A stretch of DNA of 64,000 bases from Cenococcum geophilum (lineage: Eukaryota), in assembly GCA_050273025.1 (NCBI GenBank), contig CP158636.1, forward strand, positions 2,046,001 through 2,110,000, written 5' to 3'. Numbering within the stretch: the first letter of the stretch is position 1; each line of letters begins with the position of its first letter. The notes under the pieces are model-generated. The model worked only from the letters and a program-made list of their open reading frames with translations, was not told the DNA's origin and did not search any database. The translations under genes were made by a program, and so were the position numbers. Shown in pieces: positions 53,301 to 64,000 of the stretch.

Positions 53301-56274
53301 TAATATTATCTCTATTTAACCGTTTCTATATTATAAAAGGGGATAAATGGCTTACTGCATTTCGTACCCAATATGGACTATTTAAGTACTTAGTAATACC
53401 CTTCGGCCTTATAAATACTTTAAGCTTGTTTTAACATTATATAAATAACACCCTACGCCCCTACCTAGATATCTTCTGTACTGCTTATATTAACGACATC
53501 TTAATATATAGTAATAACCTAACCGAATATTGGAAATACGTTAACCTTGTTTTATAAGCCCTGTACGGAGCTAGTCTATAATTAGATGTAGATAAATGCG
53601 AGTTCTATAAAACGGAAGTCCTATACCTTAGACTCCTTATTTTTATAAACGGTATATAAATGGACCTAAAGAAAGTTAAAGCAATTATAAACTGGCAAGA
53701 ACCTGAGAACGTTAAGGACGTAAGAGCCTTTATAGGATTTGCTAATTTCTACCAATAGTTTATTAATAACTTCTCCGCCCTAGTTTTACCCCTTATAGCT
53801 CTAACCTAAAAGGATAAAGTCTTTGTCTTTAATAAGGAATATAAAAAGGCCTTTGCCTATCTAAAGGTTATATTTACTACTGCGCCTATACTTTAATACT
53901 TTAATCTAAACCAAATAAGTGTTATAGAAGCCAACTTATTTAACTACGTCACTAGAGGCATCCTGTCTTAATATAACGAGGATAGAGTATTGTACCCTAT
54001 AGTATACTTCTTAAAATGACTAAGCCTAGCTAAATATAACTATAAGATCTACGATAAGGAATTATTAGCTATTATTAGATGTTTTAAATAATGGCGACTT
54101 AAACTAGAAGGCGCTAGATTTCTAATTAAGGTTCTTAGCGACTATAAGAACCTATAGTACTTTATAACTATAAAACAGCTAAGTTATTGTTAGGCCCGCT
54201 AGTTAGAATATCTGTCTTATTTCCGATTCTTAATTATATACTGCCTAGGCGTCTAAGGCTAGAAGCCTAATACCCTAACCTAACGCTCGCAAGACGCGCC
54301 AGCCTTAGAAGAAGTGCGCTCTTACCAAAATTAGACCCTACTTCGCCCTAAACTATTTAACCCTCCTACTAAAGATCTTACGGTATACGTCCTTGAAATA
54401 ACTAATTGATTAATTAAACAGATTATAGTCGATAAATACCTAAATAATAAGTTTATTTAAGAGACGCTTAAATTAATATAAGATGGCATTAGACACTTTA
54501 AAAAGATTTCTCTAAGTAAATGTAAAGCCTATAGAAACCGCTTATATTACTAAAACTGTCTAGTTATCCCTAATTACGATAAGCTTAAGCTTAAACTCCT
54601 TAAATATATATACAATCTACCTATTGCTAGCCACCCGGGCTAAGGAAAGACCCTAAAACTACTCTAATAGGAGTATTATTGGCCGAATATGCATAATATG
54701 ACACGAAGGTACGTCTTTAGCTACTATACCTGCCGATAAGCTAAAGCCTTGTATAAGACGTATAATGGTTTTTTAAAGCCACTACCTGTTCTAAACTGAA
54801 GATAGAAGGATATCTTAATTAACTTTATTATTAACCTTCCTAAAAGTAGAGGCTATACGAATATTATAGTAGTTATAGACCGACTATCTAAAATAAGACA
54901 CTTAATTGCCTGCCCTAATATATTAACGCCTGCTATCGCCTAACTATTTTTAGATTATATATAGAAACTCCACAGACTCCCTAAAACGATTATCTCCGAT
55001 AAAGGTAGCTAGTTTATCTTGGCATTCTGGAAAGAACTAACTACTTAACTCCGTATTAAAGTACTATTGTTTACTATATATTACCTAAAAACGGATAGCC
55101 AAATAGAACGCGTAAATGCTATAATGGAATAGTATATTTGGATATATACGTCGTATTTACAGGATAACTGGATTAACTGGCTCGCATTTGCTAAGTTTAT
55201 TATAAATAACTCCGTCTCAGAAACTACAAAAGTCTCCCTATTCCTAGCCAATTACGGCTAGCACCTATAAATAGGTTTTAAACCCTTTAGTAATATTCCT
55301 TACCCTGCTTATTATGCCTTATAAGTTATAAAAGTAAATAAATTTGTAAAGAAGATGGAGGAACTATAATAGTTCCTTACTAATGAGATAATATAGGCTT
55401 AATTTGTCTATAAAGCCGTAGCGAATAAGAAACAAACCCCAGTACCAGCTTACTAAATTAGTAATTTTATTTGGCTAGATATAAGAAATCTAAACACAAA
55501 ACGACCTATTAAGAAACTTAATTGGAAGAACGCTGGCCCTTATAAGGTTAAAAAGGTTATCTCTTCTTATGCCTACCGATTAAAGCTCCCTAATACGGTT
55601 AAAATCCACCCTATATTTTATACGTCAGTCCTTTACCCTATTGCCCCTATATTAGACGCCCTGCCTAAACAGATATAAGACCCTCCCCTACTAGTTAAAG
55701 TGGATAGTAAGAACGAGTACTTTATTAAAAGAATTAATAATATTAAGTATAATAAATGGAAACGCTAATATATATATCTTATAAAATGGAGAGGCTTTAC
55801 CGAGTCCTTATAGGAACCTATTAACTCTATAGGACTTATATAAGCCGTAGAAGACTTTTATAAACTCTACCTAAAACTACTATAGCCCTATCTCGCAGAA
55901 GCTTAAGTTTAAAGGGGGGGGTACTATTACGAAACACCCCCGTAACACCTTGCACACGTCTACCTATTTCTACCAACTTAGCAATTAAAGACTAACCGCG
56001 AAATGGTAATCTAATGGCAATCTAATGGTAATCTAACGGCAATTTATGGCATTCTGCTATATTTTGCTAAGTTCTACTAGGATTACAACCTAAACCCTAT
56101 TCTGCCTATATACGTATTAACTAAGCAACTAAGTTAACAATATATGCCCTTTCTTTCCGTTTCCCTACCTTCTTTTTTTACGTAACGTCTTGACCTCCTT
56201 ATACAGTTTATGTATATAGCTTAATAATATCTACCTTACTATATATTATCGTCGCTTATACTTACTCCGTGATA
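50330..56274 (+). mobile_element. Full-length RIP-degraded chromoviral Ty3/gypsy element (family F), TSD TAAAT
   Basis: LTRs 50330-50699 and 55925-56274; TAAAT at 50325-50329 and 56275-56279; PPT aaagggggggg; RT AYINDILIYS (~53482-53511); chromodomain EYFIKRI..YLIKWRGF..L*EP (~55715-55820). Confidence 0.93.
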
Positions 56275-56279
56275 TAAAT

Positions 56280-58000
56280 AGGGTCTAAATTTAAAGTTTA
56301 AATTATTCCTATATTAGCTATATAGCGTATCTAAGATGTTTTACTAAAAGCGCACGCAACTAAATAGTGGGGTTTTTGCTAATAATATAGGAACCGGAAA
56401 AATCGTAACCGCGTACTTAAATATTATCTTTAGTTACTACTATGCTATAAACCTAAACGAAGTGGCTACTAATTAAGTGGCTAGAAATGCGAATTAGTAT
56501 CTATAGAAAGATAATTAGGCTAAAGACGCTAAGTATCCTAGCTAGGACAAGATGCCTTTTCTATACTTATATATAAATTAAAACGCCATATCTACAATAT
56601 AAAGACAGTATAATATAAATCTAGTTATTATAATTCTAAGTATGATTACTAGCTAGAGAGATAATTATATCTTATTATTTAAGGACTCTATACTTATAAT
56701 AAAAGAGTAGACGCTACTACGGTTTATAATATACTATAAAATAAAAGGTATATCTAAAGGAATAGCGTAACTAAACCCTTAGGAATGGCTTTAAATGGGG
56801 ACTTTAGGGGACTAGTTAGATTACAATATAATAAATAATAGTTGGACTCTTATAGGTAAAAAGAAAACACCTTACTTATAGTTCTTTAACGGCCCTCTAT
56901 AGAAGTATATAGACCGTTATAACTATGCTCTTTAGCAGAATCTTATAGGATAAGTTTTATAAAAAAAAATTGAGAAACTTATATTAACTAATTTCTTTAT
57001 TCTTAAAAAAAAAGTAGTACCGCTATACCTAAGATTCTTTACCTAGGCTATTTCTAGTACAGTAATAGAGAATGGTATTATAGATATATGCTAGTTTATT
57101 ATAAGCGCCCTTAAAGATATAGATTAGGTAACCGCTTAAGCTAACTTAGTATTTTTAGAAAATATACTTTCGCGGAAATTAATAAAATAGCTAAACTATA
57201 GACCCAATTTTTAAAGCAGGGAAGGAGTAACTCTAAAAGTGCCTTATAGTCTATAATATATAAAGAATCGGTTAAGGTCGGTAGCCTAATTCCTATAAAA
57301 TTTCTCATTCGCCGTAACTGAGATACTATTAACTTTAATAACCGAAAACTGAAAGCTATTCTAGGCTAGCTCTAAATTTAACATATAAAGTGTAATTATA
57401 AAACTAAAGAACTTAAATTTCTATATTATATAGAAGGTGCAATAGTGTTAGAAATAGAAGAGGCATTTTAGCAGAAAATGGTCAAATAAGAGAAGATGGT
57501 TCTCCTACTAGGAAAAAACTAGTATAAATAGCCAGCAGCTCCTTAAGTAGCTACTTTACGTACTATAATACAGCAATAACGCCTAGGTTACTTTTATAGA
57601 AGGATAAATTTAATAAGGATCTTCTAGATAATAATAAAAATAAACGTCTAGTCTAATACTATACTAACGTAATTAAAAATCCTATTAAAAGTATCTTGGA
57701 TTAAAATAAGGAGGAAATTCTTTACAACAACGCGAAGTTTAAGACGCTTTTAGCTATCTATAAAGAAATTACAGCAGCACTATATATTAAAGGCTATCGC
57801 AGCAAATTTTTTATTAGTACTAATTTTTTATTTATTAGGGCGGTATATATACTAGTAAGTAGCAAAATACTCTATCTTTTTACCTCTTAATAGTAGTACG
57901 CTTAACTAGAACTCTAAGCTAATACTTATTTTAGGCCTTAGTTGCTAAATATAGTAAAGATGCCGTTATATGCCTCCCTAGAGGAACACTACTAAAGTAA
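56280..58000 (+). pseudogene. RIP-degraded SNF2-family ATPase relic (5' part probably lies before the gypsy insertion, ~49900-50325); 3' extent uncertain
   Basis: Single frame LFLY*LYSVSKMFY*KRTQLNSGVFANNIGTGKIVTA (~56303-56413) de-RIPs to LFP(Y/H)QL.GV..M...GGVFADDMGTGK, the SNF2 Q-motif plus motif I. Later helicase motifs were not confidently read. Confidence 0.65.
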
Positions 58001-58209
58001 AAAGACTATATAATTTATAACTTGTAAAAGCGGCTAAACGGACTATAAATTCTCTTATTATTTCTAAAGGCTTCTTGTATTAAAAGTGGAATTCTAAATA
58101 AGCTTAAGTTTAAGAAGAATATAGATATAAATAAGCCTAAGAATTTAAAGAAGTAGCTAATGCAAATGTTATGGATTATAGTAGCGATGTATTTTTAATA
58201 CTTTTAGCG

Positions 58210-59250
58210 CGGAATTAGGCAATATACTAGATTGTTTGCCGTAAATTCTTCTTTAGTGGAAGAAGTATGATAGACTATTATTTTTAGAATTAGGCAATAT
58301 AGTAGGCAGTATTCCGTAGTTTTATAGTTAATAAAAGGCAAATACTAGATTTTTTTTTATAGAATTAAGTAATATACTTAGCGATATATAGCAGTTTTAT
58401 AGCTAATAGAAGGCATTTACTAAGTTGTTTTTTTATAAAACTAGGCGATATATTGGCAATATACTATAATTCTTTTATTAATAAGAAAAGGTACTATTTT
58501 GCTATTTAAGGAACCGGGTAATGCGCGGGTAATATATTATAGTGCTCCGTTAATAAAAGAAGCCGCTAACTTATAATATAGGAACTGGGTAATATACAAG
58601 CCAATATTTAGAATACTCTACTTATAAGAGGAGCCTACTAGCTTATAACGTAGGAACTAGGTAACGTATAATTAGGTATATTATAGTGCTTTATTAATAA
58701 GTAGCGCCTGCTAGTTTACTATTTAAGGACCTAAGTAATGCGCTAAGCTATATATTATGGTGCTCTATTAATATAGTAAGTCTACTAACTTATAATATAG
58801 GAGCTGGGTAATATAGGAGCTAATATATTAAAATACTCTACTAATAGGCGACACCTGCTAGCTTATAATTTAAAGAATTAGGTAATATGCCTAGCAATAT
58901 ATAGTAACTTTATACTTAGTAATAAAAGTCTATTAGCTTGCCGCTTAAGGAACTAGGCGGTATACTAGACAATATATAGTAATTTCGCGCTTAATAATAA
59001 AAGTTTATTAGCTTGCCACTTAAGGAACTAGGCAATATACTAGGCAATATATAGCAATTTCTCGCTTAGTAATAGAAGTTTACTAGCTTACCGCTTAAGG
59101 AACTGGGCAATATGCTAGGCAATATACGGCAATTTCTTGCTTAGTAATGGAAGTCTACTGGCTTACCGCTTAAGAAACTAGGCGTATACTAGGTAATATA
59201 CGGCAATTTCACGCTTAGTAATTAAAGTCTGCTAATTTACTCTTTAAGGC
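58210..59250 (+). repeat. Degenerate 72-75-bp tandem array (~14 units), probably once coding a 24-25-aa repeat
   Basis: Units start at ~58582, 58654, 58727, 58801, 58875, 58950, 59025, 59100, 59175; the best unit reads ELGNMLGNIRQFLA**WKSTGLPLK. Confidence 0.8.
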
Positions 59251-59572
59251 AGTAATCTTATTAGATTAGAGCTTCTAGCTAGAGTTATAATTAATATAGA
59301 CTTTAAATCTAACAATTTAATTAGTAGAGAAGAGTGAATATAAAGTTAATATAGCTCTTAAAGCTCTAGATCTATACCTAATTTAAAATGCAGCTAAGGA
59401 AAAATAGATTATTAGTAACTCTATACTTAATATAAGGCTAATTAAGAACTTTTAGAGCTCTATTACTAATTTAGTATCTATTAAGGAGTGTATTAGCTAT
59501 AGAATTTAGAATACCTGCTTATTCTACTACTGTTCTCTTTATACTAATATATAGCTCGTTTTAGATATATAC

Positions 59573-62500
59573 TATTACGGGACACCCCCATAACACCTTG
59601 CACACGTCTACCTATTTCTACCAACTTAGCAATTAAAGACTAACCGCGAAATAGTAATCTAACGGCAATCTGATGGCAATCTAACGGCAATCTACGGCAT
59701 TTTGCTATATTCTGCTAGGATTACGACCTAAACCCTATTCTACCTATATACGTATTAACTAAGCAACTAAGTTAATAATATATGCCCTTTCTTCCCGTTT
59801 TCCTACCTTCTTTCCTTATATAACATCTTAACTTTATTACGCAGTTTATATATATAGCTTAATAATACCTACTTCGTTATATATTATTACCGCTTATGCT
59901 TACTCCGTGACACTACGTTATATTAAAAACTTATACCACCCTTTAAAAATGCAGAACGACCCTAAAGCCCCTATAACGGCCGACGCTATTATAGCCGCAC
60001 TTTAAGAATAATTAGTAGGTATATAAAAGTCCTTTATAGACGCCCTTATATAGCACTAAGCCACTTTAACTTAATAGTAAGCTAAATAAGAAGTATAATA
60101 ATAACAATTAATTAAAGCACTTTAAGAAAAAGTCCGCATCCTTAAGATGCCTATATTAAGACCCTAAGACTAAACGCTATCTCTAGAGATAAACACGCGG
60201 AACGTAAGCCCTAAATTAGTAGTAGTTACTTACCCTATAGAGCTAACTACCGCACTAAAACAATCTAAGAAACTACTAGACCCCCTAGTATTTACTAGTA
60301 AATAATAAGAGCTTTAGTTATTTTTAAGCTGGCTTAAGAATAAGCTAACTGGTAATACTAACCGCTACCTAACTAAAGCTAACTGACTCTATTACGCCCT
60401 AAGTTAACTAGAAGGAGACGCAGCTAACCTTATTAAACCTCTCTAACTAAACTTAGTATAAAGCCTAGTTATACTTCTTAAAGCTATATATAGTAACCCG
60501 AACCGCCAAGCTATTACTTAAAAAAAGATAAACTAAATAACTTAAGAAAAGAAAAGTTTCCTAGTATACTTCTTTAAATTTAACCGCTACGTAAAGGAAA
60601 TAGGCTAGAATAACTCCGTACTAATTAATAGCCTTATTAAATCCTTAAGCCCTAAACTAAAAACCTCCCTAATAGGCGTAAACCTCCTAGAAACTCTTAA
60701 CGCCTATATAAACGTTATTAACAAACGGTATAATAATATACTACGCCTTATACTAAAGCCTATTTATTAGTATAATATAACAACCCTATAAATACCTATT
60801 AAGTTATTATCTTAACCTAAGCACCTCGACGCTATAGATATTAACACTAAAACCCTAGGATACGCCCTATTAGGGTCCTCTAAATAAGAATAACGCATTA
60901 AGCTAGGCCTCTGCTTTAAATATAGAAGCAGCTCCCACCTTTTAAACCACTACTCTATCTCTATACCCCAAAATAATTTACGAACAGCTAGTACTAGCAG
61001 CTGTTTACTATATTGATCTTCCGGTTACCATCCCTAATCTTTATTTAGTTCTAGCCCTACGTTTAGTAAGCACTACTTATAAGGACAAAGCTCCAACTAA
61101 CGTCCTATAAAAACCCCGCCCTAATTACCTCTAAAAGGAAGGTCTTAGAGCTAAGTTGCTCTCTAGAACAGCTCTGCTATAGGATCTTATTAAACGTATT
61201 TAACGTTATAAACTCCGACTCTTAGGACTATAGTATAACTATTAACTGCCGCCTTTAGCAGAATGGTTAAAAGGCTAATACTTAAATCCTAATTAATATA
61301 GGAGCTAGCGGTATAGGATTTATTAATAGGATCTTTGCGTAAGATAATAGTTTTACCTTAACCCCCCTTAACCGGTATATTAACGTATTTAGATTTAATA
61401 GTAAACGCACCATCTTAGGCTGTATTACCTACGTGGTAGCCCTAAAACTTTAATACCTAAACTATAAAGAACTAATTAAGCTTTTTATTACTACCCTAGG
61501 TTACCTAGTAATCCTTAAATAACCTTAGATAAAGCTATATAAGGTAACTATTAATTAGAATAACCTTAAGCTTCTATTTACCGCCTCCTGTTATAAGTAG
61601 AAGTATTATATAACGCACCGCCTTAACCCTAAACTAAAATCTAGGAAATCCGCTAAGATCTACTAGCCTAAGATTTTTACTAATGTCTACCCCGCGCTTA
61701 AGGAATCCACTAGATTTTACTAACCTAGGAATTCTACTAAATTCCACTAGCGTAAGATTTCCACTAACATCTATTAAGGATCCGGGAATTCCACTAAACT
61801 CTATAAATTAGCCCTAAGTACTACACCGCCCTAAGCTAAGTAAAAGCTTAAGCTCTATACACGAAAATACTAGAAGGACTAGTATTCTACTATAAAAAGG
61901 ATTTTTAAAGAACCCAAACCCAAATCTAATACTAACTCTGTACTTAATACTAAACCTAAACCTAAATAAGAAACTATAAATAATCTAAGCAAGCTCGGCA
62001 CCCTAAATATCTATATAATTAGAGCTACTCCGCTAGCGTAACTTGCTAAGAAACCTAAATATACAATCTTCGCTGTTATAATGGCCGATATTAAAAAGGC
62101 CTTAGTACTAAAGAAGTATACTAACCCTGCCACGAAGGTACTAATAGAGTATTATTATCGCCTAGATGTATTCTTATAAAAGGAAGCTAATAAGTTACTA
62201 GAATACCGACTATATAACTATAAGATTATACTTAAAGAAGGAAAGCAGCCTAGATTTAGACCCTTATACGGAATATCCTAAAATAAACTCTAAGTGCTAT
62301 AAAAGTATTTAGACGAAAACCTAAGTAAAGGATTTATTAGAGTAAGCTCGTTACCTATAGCTGTACTAGTGATCTTTATTAAGAAACCTAGCAGCGGTCT
62401 ACGCTTCTATATAAACTACTAAGCTCTTAACGCCGTTACCGTTAAGAACTAATATCCGATCCCGTTAATATAAAAGACGCTAAACTAACTAAGTAAGGCT

Positions 62501-63093
62501 CGTTACTATATAAAGCTTAATATTATCTCTATATTTAACCGTCTCCGTATTATAAAAGGGGATAAATAGCTTACTACATTTTGTACCCAATATAGACTAT
62601 TTAAGTACTTAGTAACACCCTTTAGCCTTATAAACGCTCTAAGCTCGTTTTAACATTATATAAACAATACCCTACGCCCCTACCTAGACATCTTTTATAC
62701 TGCTTATATTAACAACATCCTAATATATAGTAATAACCTAACCAAATATCGGAAACACGTTAACCTTGTTCTATAAGCCCTGCACGGAGCTAGTTTATAA
62801 TTAGATATAGATAAATACGAGTTTTATAAAACGGAAGTTCTATACCTTAGACTCCTTATTTCTATAAACGGTATATAAATAGATTTAAAGAAAGTTAAAG
62901 TAATTGTAAATTGGTAAGAACCTAAGAACGTTAAGAATATAAGAGCCTTTATAGGATTTGCTAATTTCTACTAACGGTTTATTAATAACTTCTCCGCTCT
63001 AGTTTTACCCCTTATAGCTCTAACCTAAAAGGATAAAGTTTTTATCTTTAATAAGGAATGTAAGAAGGCCTTTGCCTATCTAAAGGTTATATT
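59573..63093 (+). mobile_element. Second copy of gypsy family F (5' LTR 59573-59912, gag, PR, RT), interrupted at 63094
   Basis: Colinear with 50330-53875, differing mostly by C>T/G>A changes; RT AYINNILIYS at ~62702. Confidence 0.92.
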
Positions 63094-64000
63094 TGTCATA
63101 GTGCTGCAATGAAGTAGACTAAATAACTACGTTGTGGTATAAAGAAGAGAAGAAGGTGAAAAAGGGGTATCGTATATAAATAGTAAGGCCAGCCGCTAAG
63201 GCGCTAGTAGTGGGCCAGCTAACGGTAGGAAATAGTATGAGATAGTATGGAACAGTATGCGATAAGTTAATGCCGTAACAGTACTCCCCTCCCTAAAAGG
63301 TTTAGTCCCTAAACCGAATAGGTAACTCTAAAAACGGGCAATGCGCATTTTTTCGTCGCAAAAATATTAGTTCTGCTTACCGCCCTTAACCGGGCCAATG
63401 GCGATTTTCTATCCTGGGGATGGAAAATCCTAATTAGTCAGCTTAGTGAATAGAGTTGGTAGAATTCCACGCCGCTATCCGAATTAATCTAGCGTTGCGC
63501 CTTTAGTAAGAATCTAACTAATTAGACAACTTTAACCGGCGGTTAAAGTTCTATAATATCTTGACTATTATATGGTTAACCTTGGCGTACTAACTCTCCC
63601 TTATTTTATGCCCAGTCTAGGGGTCCTAGCTTCTTAGGGTGTTGCTTATAAAACTTTAGTAGTGCATACTTACACCCTTTTAGGGATTTTTTGGGTTCCT
63701 AGGTTTCCTTATTATAATACTTCCACTTAATATAATATATTAAGCCGTACTCGTCCATTTGTTTATTATATACATTAAAAATCTTTTTAAATTCCCACTT
63801 ATTTGTGATATTACCGTCATTATCCCTTTTAGCTATCCTGCCTATAATATTATAACGTTCCTCTTTATTAATGTATACTTGGCTAGGGATCTCTTTAGGG
63901 AACTAGAGGCGGACTTTTAAAGTATAGAAAGACTTATTAACACAGATATAGTTTAGGAGGTCCACCACAACTAACCCTCTATAGGTAGCTAAGACGGGCT
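63094..64000 (-). mobile_element. 3' end of a family C-related gypsy element (LTR 63094-63280), running off the window
   Basis: TGTCAT...GTAACA 187-bp LTR; following sequence is homologous to 21850-22760. Confidence 0.9.

Overview
Fungal (filamentous ascomycete-type) genomic DNA: spliceosomal GT-AG introns with CTRAC-like branch sites, and heavy RIP-like C>T/G>A decay of repeats. A non-RIPped gene island (~4.1-17.2 kb) carries a ~2,700-aa sacsin-like gene (two HSP90-like/GHKL modules plus a C-terminal BTB domain, with a 1-nt frameshift at ~8831), a degraded single-pass membrane ORF, a small UPF0132/DUF4870-like membrane protein gene and an SCI1-like gene. The rest is an AT-rich nest of transposons: two PIF/Harbinger-type transposase relics, four Ty3/gypsy copies of three families, a TRIM-like element and its solo LTR, a gag-only LTR element, a TA-flanked MITE and a large Plavaka-transposase region with a SNF2-ATPase relic. 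Top discovery: two non-autonomous non-LTR retroelements with no evident similarity to each other (a 3.1-kb ORF1-only element at 18361-21440 and a 989-bp non-coding element at 34055-35043). Each begins at its 5' end, abutting its target-site duplication, with a complete HDV-like self-cleaving ribozyme fold. The first is fully canonical; the second has a compensatory GU/AC P1.1. All calls come from manual reading; no searches or folding programs were run.
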